The translations under genes and the position numbers were made by a program. From NCBI GenBank assembly GCA_003193925.1, contig PSPG01000004.1, forward strand, positions 64,001-128,000: a DNA stretch of 64,000 nt, read 5' to 3'. A model generated the notes under the pieces. That model was not told the DNA's origin, made no database searches, and saw only the letters and a list, made by a program, of their open reading frames with translations. Shown one piece after another: positions 17,597 to 27,705 of the stretch. Each line of letters opens with the position of its first letter. Positions within the stretch are counted from its first letter, which is position 1. This DNA is from Candidatus Thalassarchaeum betae (GTDB lineage Archaea; Thermoplasmatota; Poseidoniia; Poseidoniales; Thalassarchaeaceae).

Positions 17597-19369
17597 GTGG
17601 TCGAAACACCGATATCAAAGGTGCTGGAAGAAGCCTCTTACAAGGCTAGAGCAGATGATATCCTCGGTGCTGTTGAATTATACCGCAAAGCCACCGAATT
17701 GGATGGCTCTAGCGCCTCCGCCTGGTATGGCCTAGCGGTGATGCAATCCAAGCGTGGAAACACTGCTGATGCAGTCTCCGCGTTCGAGCGGGCACACGAT
17801 CTAAAACCCGACCATGCACCAACCTCCGCTAATCTGGCCGTCTTACTGGAATCGAGGAATCCGGTCAGAGCCGCCAGCTTAGCGAAGTTGGCCCTGAAGA
17901 CGTTGTCGGATGTCGAGGAACTGACTAGGATCGCAGAGAGGCACCCTCCTGAGGAACCGCTGATCTTGCCGGCACGGATTGTAGAAAAGCAGGTGCAAGA
18001 AGTGATTCCACATCCACCTATGCTCGACTCAAAGCCAGTCGATGAAGAGCCTCTCATGCTGGAAGCGACTCCGGTACTGGCTGACATTGCCGACGTCGCC
18101 GAACATGCCGCTGAACTAGCACGTGAAGGCGAGTTTCAAGAGTCTCTGAATCTAATTCAACCGAGACTGGAAAGTGATGCCTCCGGCAATTCCTCCCTGT
18201 GGGCCCTGTGCGGCGTCTGCCTGTCCCAGTTGGATCATGTCGAAGATGCCATCCAGGCTATCGAATACGCCATTTCCATTGGTGAGGATTCGGCAAAGGC
18301 TCACTTCAATCTGGCTCAGTTACTGAGAAAGTTAGGCCGAAACGATGCCGCAATGCAATCACTCGCTAATGCGCTGTTATCCGACCCTTCGCACATCAAC
18401 AGTCTAGTTGCGAGAGGGGAGATTTTCCTAGAGAGGGGAGAAGATGATTTGGCTGTTCAAAATTGGGAGAGGGTCGTTGCAATGGAACCAGAGCATCCGA
18501 TATCCATTGAGATTGAGAATCTCAAACTGTCTGATGATGCAACCGATGACGATAGTGAAGAGGTGGTCAAGGACGAAGTTGAGAAACAATCTGCTGAGTC
18601 TGATGAGGATGCACCTATTCCCTTCGTTGAGACTCGTTCCTTCAAGATTGACAAGGCAAGGGAACTCACAGACTCTGGGGATCACGTCGGTGCTGTGAAC
18701 GCTTGGAAAGACCTCCTGCTTGATGACAACAGCTCACCCGAGGTATGGCACGGGCTAGCCGACGCGCTTTCTGTCGCTGGCCACATCGACAGAGCGCACC
18801 AGTGCAGACAGAGGGCAAATGCAATCGAAGAGGAAACTCAGAACGAAGAGAAGAGAAAGGAGGCCGTATCCGAAGCGGATCTGGTAGAAGCCGCCATTAT
18901 GGCCGAGGGAAAGGCCAGCCATCTCCCCCCAAGTGAGGAGGAGAGCGTCAATGTGGCGATCGAATGGTACAACAATGGCCTCAACCTGTTGACCGAGGAG
19001 AACAGTCTTGAGGCACTGAACTGCTTTGAGAAGGCGATTGGCGGAGCTCCAAGGGAGGAAAGGGAACTGCGTGTTCGCGCCCAGAATGGAAGGGGGCACG
19101 CGCTGTACCAATTACGCCGGTACCCTGAGAGCATACAGGCTTACCATGCTGCGATAACGATGGATCCCGCAGGTGTCACTGGCAGGGCACTGTACAATAT
19201 GGGATCGTCGTACGCTGCAGTCGAGTTATACGCCGATGCCATCAAGTGCTTCGAGCAGGCACTAGGAAGGGGTTTGGATACCGAGGATGTAACTATCTGC
19301 AAGACTCAAATCAACCGTTGCAGATTGTTGCACAAGGAGCAGGAGAAACGGCGTAGGGCCACGGCCTAG
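17597..19369 (+). CDS. Tetratricopeptide repeat protein
   Basis: Several TPR-like units (AWYGLA, AHFNLA, ALYNMG) separated by acidic/Pro-rich linkers. Confidence 0.88.
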   Translation: MVETPISKVLEEASYKARADDILGAVELYRKATELDGSSASAWYGLAVMQSKRGNTADAVSAFERAHDLKPDHAPTSANLAVLLESRNPVRAASLAKLALKTLSDVEELTRIAERHPPEEPLILPARIVEKQVQEVIPHPPMLDSKPVDEEPLMLEATPVLADIADVAEHAAELAREGEFQESLNLIQPRLESDASGNSSLWALCGVCLSQLDHVEDAIQAIEYAISIGEDSAKAHFNLAQLLRKLGRNDAAMQSLANALLSDPSHINSLVARGEIFLERGEDDLAVQNWERVVAMEPEHPISIEIENLKLSDDATDDDSEEVVKDEVEKQSAESDEDAPIPFVETRSFKIDKARELTDSGDHVGAVNAWKDLLLDDNSSPEVWHGLADALSVAGHIDRAHQCRQRANAIEEETQNEEKRKEAVSEADLVEAAIMAEGKASHLPPSEEESVNVAIEWYNNGLNLLTEENSLEALNCFEKAIGGAPREERELRVRAQNGRGHALYQLRRYPESIQAYHAAITMDPAGVTGRALYNMGSSYAAVELYADAIKCFEQALGRGLDTEDVTICKTQINRCRLLHKEQEKRRRATA

Positions 19370-21648
19370 TCGGAACCTCGTATTGACACAACGACCGATT
19401 TGCTGGTCGGTGTATTGCTGCCTTCGGCCACGCTGTCTAGTGGGACCAGCACATTGGCCTCGGGAAAATAAGTGGCGATGTTGCCCTTTGGAATATCATA
19501 TGGGACGAGGTACCAATTCGGTGCATGCCGTTCACTTCCTTCGAAATGAGATGTCAGGTCAACCAAGTCACCTTCGGACCAGCCGTTTTCATCAATGTCA
19601 GACTGATTCATCAGAACGACTCTCCGGCCCTTGTTGATACCCCTATACCTATCATCCAGACCATACACCGTAGTATTATACTGGTCGTGTGAGCGTATTG
19701 TCATCATCAGGAACTGGCCTGTATCGGCTGTAGCGCCAGAAATGTCGTGAACCCGGAAGTTCGCGTACCCCGTATCGGTGTTGAACGTCCTGCTGTCCCT
19801 GGGTGCGTTGGGTAGATAGAAGCCACCGTCGGACCTAACTCTCTCGTTGTATCCCTCGAATCCCGGGATGCTGGCTTCAATCAGGCCCCTGACCATATCA
19901 TAGTCCTTTGAGAGGTCCTGCCAGGCGATCCCACTTCTCCCGATTCTTGTATCCAAAGTACTCGCGATGCCGCAAATGATCGATGGCTCTGACCTCAGGA
20001 AAGGAGAGGCTGGCGTGGAAGAGCCCTTGGACGAGTGAACGATCCCCATGGAGTTCTCGACAGAGACGAACTGCTCGCCACGGTCAGTCAAGTCGGTTTC
20101 AGAGCGACCCAGACAAGGCAGTATCAATGCGGTCCGGCCGGTGATCAAATGTGATCGATTGGGTTTGGTTGAGACCTGAACCGTGAGAGAGCAGTTGCTG
20201 AGAGCCGAAGCGGTGGCTTTCGTATCCGACATCGCAGAGACGAAGTTACCGCCCATCGATAGGAACACCTTGGCAACGCCATCGCGCATCGACTTCACCG
20301 CGCGAACTGAATCCACCCCAGGCTTCGAGGGAGGGATGATGCCGGTGGAGTCGTGCAGGTCCGAGAGGAACTTGTCTGAAGGATTGTGATTGATGCCAAC
20401 GGTACGATCACCTTGGACATTCGAATGTCCGCGGACGGGACAGACACCCGCTCCAGGCCGACCGATGTGCCCCCCCAGCAATAGCAGGTTGGTTATCTCC
20501 TGAATAATGGCGACCGAATTACGATGCTGAGTCAGGCCCATTGCCCAGCAGACAATTGTGGATTTAGACTTGGAGACGATTGCACCGAGATTGGAGATCA
20601 CTTCTAGATTGACTCCAGAGCCCGATATGATAGACCCCCATGAAGTGGACTCCACGGTTCTCCGGTAATCAGCGAATCCACGGGTGTGAGTGGCGATGAA
20701 TTCCTTGTCCAATGCCTCCCTCTGCAATACGGTTTTCGCAAGACCCCTGAACAAGGAAAAGTCGCCGTTGACCCTGACGGATATATGCTCGTCTGCAATC
20801 GAAGTACCGCTACCCAGCAGTTCCAGAGGAGCCTGTGGGTGCTTGAAGCGCTTCATGCCGGTTTCAAACAACGGGTTAATGCTGATTACCGAAGCGCCGG
20901 CACGCTTGGCGTCCCTCAGTGCTGTCAGCATTCTAGGGTGATTGGAGCCAGGATTCTGCCCGGCTACGATAATTAAATCGGCCTTGGTGAAGTCATCGAG
21001 GGTTACTGTGCCCTTGCTGATGCCTATCGAGTCGTGCAAAGCGACGCTGGACGACTCGTGGCACATGTTCGAGCAGTCGGGCAGGTTGTTGGTTCCGAAC
21101 CTACGGGCCAGCAACTGCCAGAGGAAGGCGGCCTCGTTGCTGGTCCTGCCCGAAGTGTAGAATATCGCTTGGTCCGGATCTTCTAGGCTTTGCAACTCAT
21201 CAGATATGACGTCGAATGCCTCATCCCATGACAGTTTAGCGTAGTAATCGGAGCCCGATCTGAGGATCATAGGATGAGTGAGTCTACCTTGGGAGTTCAG
21301 CCACTGGTCTGACTTCCGAGACAATTCACCTACTGACCACTTGGACCAAAACTCGGGTGATGCCCTCTTTCTGGTGCCCTCGTCCGCGACAGCCTTAGCG
21401 CCATTCTCACAGAACTCCGCAACGGTCCTGTGCCCATCAGGGTCAGGCCACGCGCAACCAGGACAGTCAAAGCCATCGAACCTGTTGACAGAGGTGAAGT
21501 TTCTGAAGGACGCCAAGGAACCCATTCTGCTGAGACCGTGAGACAGAGTAGAAATAACCGCAGGTATGCCGGCTGCGACTTCCTTCGGTTTGGACAGCCT
21601 AGGAGGTGATGGCTCGAGCGGTGTGAGACCTTCGACGTCCCTCCCCAT
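19366..21648 (-). CDS. FdhF/YdeP-family molybdopterin oxidoreductase
   Basis: GFDCPGCAWPD, EFCENGAKA, YTSGRTSNE, LPDCSNMCHE, RGHSNVQGDRT, RSHDQYNTT. Confidence 0.95.
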   Translation of the reverse strand: MGRDVEGLTPLEPSPPRLSKPKEVAAGIPAVISTLSHGLSRMGSLASFRNFTSVNRFDGFDCPGCAWPDPDGHRTVAEFCENGAKAVADEGTRKRASPEFWSKWSVGELSRKSDQWLNSQGRLTHPMILRSGSDYYAKLSWDEAFDVISDELQSLEDPDQAIFYTSGRTSNEAAFLWQLLARRFGTNNLPDCSNMCHESSSVALHDSIGISKGTVTLDDFTKADLIIVAGQNPGSNHPRMLTALRDAKRAGASVISINPLFETGMKRFKHPQAPLELLGSGTSIADEHISVRVNGDFSLFRGLAKTVLQREALDKEFIATHTRGFADYRRTVESTSWGSIISGSGVNLEVISNLGAIVSKSKSTIVCWAMGLTQHRNSVAIIQEITNLLLLGGHIGRPGAGVCPVRGHSNVQGDRTVGINHNPSDKFLSDLHDSTGIIPPSKPGVDSVRAVKSMRDGVAKVFLSMGGNFVSAMSDTKATASALSNCSLTVQVSTKPNRSHLITGRTALILPCLGRSETDLTDRGEQFVSVENSMGIVHSSKGSSTPASPFLRSEPSIICGIASTLDTRIGRSGIAWQDLSKDYDMVRGLIEASIPGFEGYNERVRSDGGFYLPNAPRDSRTFNTDTGYANFRVHDISGATADTGQFLMMTIRSHDQYNTTVYGLDDRYRGINKGRRVVLMNQSDIDENGWSEGDLVDLTSHFEGSERHAPNWYLVPYDIPKGNIATYFPEANVLVPLDSVAEGSNTPTSKSVVVSIRGSD

Positions 21649-21693
21649 GCATCGTCAAAGGTGGTCGTGATACATCAGCGTCACGCAAGACGC

Positions 21694-22509
21694 CTATCCA
21701 GAACTGCCGTTGGCCACCCTTCGATTGCCGCTGAACACGGTCATCCTGTCGTCCCTGGCAAATCCGATTAACGTCATGCCATGCTCGTTTGCTAAATCAA
21801 CGGCCAGGGTGCTGGGAGCGCCTACGGCGATGAAAATCGGGAAACCGGCCCTCAGTGCCTTCTGAACCAATTCGAATGAAGCCCTGCCTGAGACGACTAC
21901 CATCTCATTGCAGATTGGCAACTGGTCGCTGCCCATGGCAGCTCCGACGAGCTTATCCATGGCGTTGTGGCGTCCGATGTCCTCGGAAATGTCAATGATC
22001 CCTCCAGAAGGGCTCACCCTGGCGCAGGCATGAGTACCGCCTGTGAGTTCGAATATCTTCTGATTGCTCCTGAGTCCGGATATCGCGAGAGAAACCTCGG
22101 ATTGACCTACTACGATCTCCTCGCTGAGCGGGGGACCGTGGATGTGCAGGAGAGTGGAAATGGACTCTCTGCCACAGACCCCGCAAGATGAGGTAGTGGT
22201 CGTCCTCCTGATGTGTTCGGAAGGGGCGAATGAAGCACCTTCTGAGAGGTGGATTTCGATCGCGGCTGATGACTCCTCGACTCTCTCGACATCCGACATC
22301 GTGTCTATGATGCCCTCTGAGAGTAGCAGACCGAGCACCAGATTCTCATCCTGCCCCGGAGTTCGCATCGTGAGGCCGAGGGAGTGCGGCTCTGAATCGG
22401 GTGCGTGGACAGAGATAGAGAGAGCGGCTTCCACAGAAACCGCGTCTGGCTCGCGAGTGGTCTTCCCCCCCATTACCCTTGAGACAGGCCTCTGCTCGAT
22501 GCCGTCCAT
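21694..22509 (-). CDS. fdhD: Formate dehydrogenase accessory sulfurtransferase FdhD
   Basis: TMRTPG, SSCGVCG, TGGTHA, EDIGRHNAMDK, SGRASFELVQKA. Confidence 0.94.
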   Translation of the reverse strand: MDGIEQRPVSRVMGGKTTREPDAVSVEAALSISVHAPDSEPHSLGLTMRTPGQDENLVLGLLLSEGIIDTMSDVERVEESSAAIEIHLSEGASFAPSEHIRRTTTTSSCGVCGRESISTLLHIHGPPLSEEIVVGQSEVSLAISGLRSNQKIFELTGGTHACARVSPSGGIIDISEDIGRHNAMDKLVGAAMGSDQLPICNEMVVVSGRASFELVQKALRAGFPIFIAVGAPSTLAVDLANEHGMTLIGFARDDRMTVFSGNRRVANGSSG

Positions 22510-22599
22510 GTCCCGCGTAGTGCATCCAGCGTATTGGGTTATGGCTGATGCAGCGAAGAATCTGCAACCGTTCAAATACCACTGCCTGAAGGGCATGGT

Positions 22600-22986
22600 G
22601 TGAGCATCCTTGGTGGAGACGGTTTCACTCTCCCTATCCTGACTCCGGTCGAGGTCGTGAATGTCGAAATTGAATTCACTGACTCGGCGAAAGCGGCGAT
22701 GATGAAGAACATGGACGGCGACGAAGGCTCTCATGTGCTGATTATCAGCGCCCAATCCGGCGGTTGCTCGGGATTCATGTATGACATGGCGATAGCAGAT
22801 GACCCCGACGATCCCAATTTCCAGCGCATAGATGCCGATGGGATTACCGTGCTGGTGCACAACAAGGATAGTCCGCTCCTGAATGGCATTCGCGTCGACT
22901 TCAAGGACACCCTCATGGGAGGGGGCTTCCAGATTGACAACCCCAATGCAGACAGGTCCTGCGGATGCGGCCAGTCCTTTGGTTGA
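22600..22986 (+). CDS. A-type Fe-S carrier (HesB/IscA family)
   Basis: GGCSG and C-terminal NPNA..SCGCGQSF. Confidence 0.94.
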   Translation: MSILGGDGFTLPILTPVEVVNVEIEFTDSAKAAMMKNMDGDEGSHVLIISAQSGGCSGFMYDMAIADDPDDPNFQRIDADGITVLVHNKDSPLLNGIRVDFKDTLMGGGFQIDNPNADRSCGCGQSFG

Positions 22987-22992
22987 GGTCTC

Positions 22993-23907
22993 ATGTCCGG
23001 TGAGGGATTTCTCCACCCCCTAGCAGAGGTGTTCGTGGTACCATCTAGCATCAGCGTGGTAAAGGGAGCGGACGGCTTGGAGCACCTGAATCGGACCTTG
23101 ACTGCCGACGTTTCAGGATTGCGACTGCAAGGGAGGCAGGATGCACTGCTGTGCAATGCAAATGGCAGGATATTGGATCACCTGATTCTGTGCAACCTCG
23201 GAGAGCAGGTGATTCTGGTGGGGAACCATGGTACTGGCGACGAAACTCGTCAACAGTTGCTCCAAGGAGTGGCTTGGGACGAAGAAGTGACTGTCATGAA
23301 CGCTGACGGAGCGATTGGGCACCTGAGGCTCCTAGGGAAGGCAGTCGACCGATGCCTAGTGGGATTGGGTATCGACCCGTCAGAAATCGATTCGCAATCT
23401 TGGACAGAATTCGGCAGTGCTCTGATATCTCGGACAGACGTCGGCGATTCAGCGATTACGGAGATCCTCGTCCCCTCAGTAGAGTTGGAATCACTGGTCG
23501 AATCACTGGTCGTCAACGGAGCAAAAACCATGGATTCAGCCAGATGGAGTGAGCTCCGCATCAGATTGGGCATTTTGGAACGCAGTGAGATGAATTCGTC
23601 CAACCTCCCCTTCGAACTCGGTCTGCACGAACTGATCGAACTTGACAAGGGATGCTACCCCGGACAGGAGATTCACGCTAGGATGGAAAGCAGAGGGAGA
23701 ATCTCGAGGACGCTGGTGCGGCTTTTCTCCGATCTCCCCCTTCCCATAGGCAAGCACGTGTCCCCTAATGTTGGGAGGATCACTGTAACCTCATACGCCG
23801 AACACGAAGGAGGGGTCGTCGCCCTTGCCATCATACCCAATGAAGCAAGGGAATTGGAGGAACTGGTATTCGAAGATGGTTCCCTGGTGAAGGTGGAACT
23901 AATCTGA
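22993..23907 (+). CDS. ygfZ: YgfZ/GcvT-family folate-binding Fe-S maturation protein
   Basis: Signature KGCYPGQE; adjacent to the A-type carrier. Confidence 0.85.
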   Translation: MSGEGFLHPLAEVFVVPSSISVVKGADGLEHLNRTLTADVSGLRLQGRQDALLCNANGRILDHLILCNLGEQVILVGNHGTGDETRQQLLQGVAWDEEVTVMNADGAIGHLRLLGKAVDRCLVGLGIDPSEIDSQSWTEFGSALISRTDVGDSAITEILVPSVELESLVESLVVNGAKTMDSARWSELRIRLGILERSEMNSSNLPFELGLHELIELDKGCYPGQEIHARMESRGRISRTLVRLFSDLPLPIGKHVSPNVGRITVTSYAEHEGGVVALAIIPNEARELEELVFEDGSLVKVELI

Positions 23908-24978
23908 AGTGTCATCGCTCTCAAACTCAAACACCTCCCCCCTCTCCAACCATTCTGACAGAGGCATCAGCGGGGAGATGCGAAGCGAGCCCAGGTTTCG
24001 AGTGAATAGGTACAAAGTCGGGTCGTAATACTCGACCATCTGGTTCTGGAACGCCCTGCGCACCGATGCGGCACGGGAGCGGAAGAAACCCAACTCCACT
24101 GTGACACCGATGATGGTGGCTGTATAGAGCACGAGAAGAACGCTGAGAGAGAATACCACCGGGTCCCCGAACAAGTCATCCGTGCGTAACTGGCTACCAT
24201 ACAGCAGTTGTCTGGATAGTAGGAACACGAGCCCGACACCGACCAACGGCCCCAACGCGTCTTCGACGAATGCGTCCATCGGAGTCAATCGTCTCGTGGT
24301 GGGATCTGCGAATACCAGTGCATTGGCGGTTGCTGCACGGACAACTGATGTGATTGAGACCAGTACGATGTATACGGCTCCACTGAGCAGGAGAATGCCT
24401 CTTGCGTCAAGGGGGAGATACAGTACGACGAGGTAGGCGAATAACCCCAGAAACACTGTGATAGGCAGCCTGTGTACAGAAATCAGTACGCGATCAAGCT
24501 CTTTGGCGCCATCGTCCAGTCTGGGGATGCCTATGATCTCCCATCTGGTGATGCCCTGGATTATCTTGGCGACCAGGGACAAGGCCCTCTTGTCAATCAA
24601 TACCCACTCGATAGCCCTGAGTACGGGCATCAGGGGAATAGCGATAATCGCAGCGAAAAAACCGAGGACCGGCCAGACGATCAAACTCGGGAGCAGGATG
24701 AAGTGCTGCATCCTCAGAGGGTGCAGCAGATCGGATTCGATTCGAGCCTGCCGCTCTGGATCTATCAGGAACCTCCTCGCCTCGGCATCCAGTTCTGCTC
24801 TGTACCTCCTCAGCGGGATGCCGGCGTCAAGCACCCTCCTGATCTTCTCTCTGTAGTGCTCGTGTTCCGGCTCGGTGCCAACCCACCAGCGCCAACCCAG
24901 AGACAGTGGCAAAGCTAGGAACAACGGCGATAGGAGTATCAATACTGAGGTGAGCAGCGCCTCAGGGGTTGCAACCAC
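23899..24978 (-). CDS. Hypothetical multi-pass membrane protein
   Basis: About 6 hydrophobic segments in a long ORF. Confidence 0.78.
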   Translation of the reverse strand: MVATPEALLTSVLILLSPLFLALPLSLGWRWWVGTEPEHEHYREKIRRVLDAGIPLRRYRAELDAEARRFLIDPERQARIESDLLHPLRMQHFILLPSLIVWPVLGFFAAIIAIPLMPVLRAIEWVLIDKRALSLVAKIIQGITRWEIIGIPRLDDGAKELDRVLISVHRLPITVFLGLFAYLVVLYLPLDARGILLLSGAVYIVLVSITSVVRAATANALVFADPTTRRLTPMDAFVEDALGPLVGVGLVFLLSRQLLYGSQLRTDDLFGDPVVFSLSVLLVLYTATIIGVTVELGFFRSRAASVRRAFQNQMVEYYDPTLYLFTRNLGSLRISPLMPLSEWLERGEVFEFESDDTSD

Positions 24979-25038
24979 GCTCTCTGGTCACTACTCCCCC
25001 CAATAATGAAACGGTGCGCGATGCGAGGCGGACTTGAA

Positions 25039-25632
25039 TCACTGACCATCGGCGTAGCGACGGGAGACCTCTTTCCAATCAACGACGTTCCACCACGCTT
25101 CGATGTAAGACGCCCTTCCCGGGCCGTATTTCTTGTAGTAGGCATGCTCCCAGACATCGATTCCGAGAATCGGGATGCAATATCCATCCATAAGCGGATT
25201 GTCCTGATTGGGAGAAGAGCAGACGCAGAGGCCGCTCTCACGAATCCCCAGCCATGCCCAACCACTGCCGAAGCGAGTCATTGCCGCCTTGTGAAAAGCG
25301 GTTTTGAACTCCTCAAACGAGCCGAATGATGCGTCTATTGCAGATGCTAGGGCCCCGCTCGGACTCCCACCACTCGAAGGAGACATGACCTCCCAGTACT
25401 GACAGTGATTCCAGTAACCACCACCATTGTTCCTGACTGCATTATTATCACAGTGATTAGCAAGCAGATCCTCGATTGATTTACCGGACATATCCGTGCC
25501 TTCAATAGCCGCATTCAGATTATTTGTGTAGGCATTGTGGTGCTTGGTATGATGTATCTCCATGGTCAGAGCGTCAATGTGGGGTTCCAGTGCGTCGTAT
25601 GAATAGGGCAATTCAGGCAGTTCGAATGACAT
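25039..25632 (-). CDS. sod: Fe/Mn superoxide dismutase, Mn-type signature
   Basis: LPELPYSYDALEPHI, HHTKHH, NNGGGYWNH, NQDNP, DVWEHAYY. Confidence 0.97.
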   Translation of the reverse strand: MSFELPELPYSYDALEPHIDALTMEIHHTKHHNAYTNNLNAAIEGTDMSGKSIEDLLANHCDNNAVRNNGGGYWNHCQYWEVMSPSSGGSPSGALASAIDASFGSFEEFKTAFHKAAMTRFGSGWAWLGIRESGLCVCSSPNQDNPLMDGYCIPILGIDVWEHAYYKKYGPGRASYIEAWWNVVDWKEVSRRYADGQ

Positions 25633-25727
25633 AATCTCAAATTCCCCAGCGGGCAGGAGGATATCAATTCTCTCGCAACGGTCGAAAGTGCTGTGTGGGG
25701 AACCTTGATTGAAGACCGACATAGCCA

Positions 25728-26711
25728 GTGACCGTGGGTAGAATCGCAGTCACCGATGGGATGTCCGAGGCTGCTGTGAAGGTTCTGGAGGCAGCAGGAC
25801 ACGAAGTAGTGTTGCAGCACTACACCCCGGAGGAGTTACTGTCTGGAGCGTTGGCCGATTTCGACGCAGTGGTCGTCAGGAGTGCAACGAAGATGACCGA
25901 TGAGGCCATCCGCGCATCCAGAACCGAATCGGAGGGGATAGGTTTCATCGGCCGGGCCGGGGTCGGTGTGGACAATATAGACATCACAACCGCAACCGAA
26001 TGCGAAGTGGTTGTCTGCAACACACCTGGAGCATCGACCCTGAGTGTCGTGGAACTGACTATCGGCCACCTCATTGCGTCTGCACGCCATATCCCAAAGG
26101 CCGACAGAACCCTCAGATCGGGAGAATGGGCCAAGAAGTCACTAAGGGGCACCGAGATCGGGGGGAAGCGACTCGGTCTAATTGGTTACGGAAGGATTGC
26201 CAGAGGCGTCGGCGAAGTCGCAAAAGCCATGGGAATGGTGCTTCACACCTTCGACCCGTACATCAGCCGCGACGTGACCGAGGCGTCTCAATGCACTCTC
26301 CACGACGATGTGGATGACTTGTTCAGGCTCTGCACCCACATCTCCATCCACTGCAACCTCTCGCCCGAGACGCATCACCTAGTCAACTCAGAGCGATTGT
26401 CGATGATGCCAGGGGTCGGTGCAGATGGGACCATCTGCGGCAATCACATCGTCAACTGCGCCAGAGGGGGCATCGTCGACGAAGCTGCAGTACTCGCCGC
26501 CCTGGAAACAGGGCAACTGTCTTCAGCGGCTCTAGACGTATACGAAATCGAACCGCCTGCTGGCAACCCCCTACTGGAACATGCTGACTTCCACGGTTCA
26601 CCCCATATAGGCGCTGCGACCTTAGAAGCACAGGCGAGGGTGGGCGAGGAGATGGTGGGCCTTCTGATTGACTACTTCAACGACGACAGACCCGTTTCAG
26701 CCATCAACTAG
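25728..26711 (+). CDS. D-2-hydroxyacid dehydrogenase, SerA-like without ACT domain
   Basis: RAGVGVDNID, GLIGYGRI, NCARGG, ALDVYE, PHIGAAT.EAQ. Confidence 0.9.
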   Translation: MTVGRIAVTDGMSEAAVKVLEAAGHEVVLQHYTPEELLSGALADFDAVVVRSATKMTDEAIRASRTESEGIGFIGRAGVGVDNIDITTATECEVVVCNTPGASTLSVVELTIGHLIASARHIPKADRTLRSGEWAKKSLRGTEIGGKRLGLIGYGRIARGVGEVAKAMGMVLHTFDPYISRDVTEASQCTLHDDVDDLFRLCTHISIHCNLSPETHHLVNSERLSMMPGVGADGTICGNHIVNCARGGIVDEAAVLAALETGQLSSAALDVYEIEPPAGNPLLEHADFHGSPHIGAATLEAQARVGEEMVGLLIDYFNDDRPVSAIN

Positions 26712-26721
26712 AGGGGTAGTG

Positions 26722-27702
26722 ATGAGGGCCTTCGTGACTGGGGGGTCAGGACATGTCGGTGGAAACCTCGTTCGTGAACTGATTTCACGTGGCTACGGAG
26801 TTAAATGCCTCGTTCGCAAGGACACTAGGGCTCTTGACGGATTAGATGTAGAACTGGTGCGAGGCGACCTGAACGATTCCAGCGCCATGGGGGCCCACAT
26901 GCAAGATGTCGACATGGTCTTCCACGCTGCAGCCTTCGTCGCGGTGGAGCGTGTGGACGAGGCACTGATGGAGCGCATCAACGTCGGAGGAACGCATGCC
27001 ATGTGCGAGGCCGCTCTTAGTGCAAGCGTCGGGAGGTTCATCCACTTCTCCAGCGTCCACGCTTTCAGTCAAATGCCCACAGATCGGCCTCTGACAGAAG
27101 ACAGGGCTCTCGTCAGTGATCCCGATGCCGCCCCATATGACCGGACTAAGGCCGCAGCACAACGAGTGGTGATGGGAGCATGCAACAGTGGATTGAATGC
27201 CAGCATCATCCACCCTACTGGCATAATCGGGCCTAATGACTGGAAGCCCAGCAGGATGGGTGCTGTAATCCAGGATATCGCCACTGGACAGATGCCGATC
27301 ATCCTGCGTACCGGATTCAATTGGGTGGATGTCCGAGACGTCTGCAGGACTGCTGTGAATTGCGTGGGGATGGGCAGAAAGGGCCAGAACTACCTCGCAC
27401 CTGGCTCATGGGGCTCGATGAAGGACATCTCGGATGCTGCCTCGGAGGTAGTGGGTAAGAAGATCACATACCTTCAGCTGCCTCTGTGGAGCGCCTATCT
27501 CGCACTGCCCTTCGCCGGAATCTCATCCGCTCTGACAGGTAACAGGTCGGGCCTTAACAAGGGCAGTTTACATGCACTTGATGTGCAATGCAGAGACATC
27601 CCGGGAGTCCTAGCCAAGGAAGAGCTGCGGCACACCTCTCGTCCGCTTGCAGAGACAGTCAGAGACACAATCCATTGGATGCGTTCGAACGACCGGCTGT
27701 AA
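26722..27702 (+). CDS. Extended SDR NAD-dependent epimerase/dehydratase (HpnA/DFR-like)
   Basis: VTGGSGHVG, HAAA, SS, YDRTK. Confidence 0.88.
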   Translation: MRAFVTGGSGHVGGNLVRELISRGYGVKCLVRKDTRALDGLDVELVRGDLNDSSAMGAHMQDVDMVFHAAAFVAVERVDEALMERINVGGTHAMCEAALSASVGRFIHFSSVHAFSQMPTDRPLTEDRALVSDPDAAPYDRTKAAAQRVVMGACNSGLNASIIHPTGIIGPNDWKPSRMGAVIQDIATGQMPIILRTGFNWVDVRDVCRTAVNCVGMGRKGQNYLAPGSWGSMKDISDAASEVVGKKITYLQLPLWSAYLALPFAGISSALTGNRSGLNKGSLHALDVQCRDIPGVLAKEELRHTSRPLAETVRDTIHWMRSNDRL

Positions 27703-27705
27703 GCA

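Noticed and set aside
19366-21648. Selenocysteine formate dehydrogenase
   Set aside because: No in-frame TGA; the ligand position is Cys
22510-23016. 169-aa N-terminal extension on FdhD
   Set aside because: Antisense shadow of the Fe-S carrier gene
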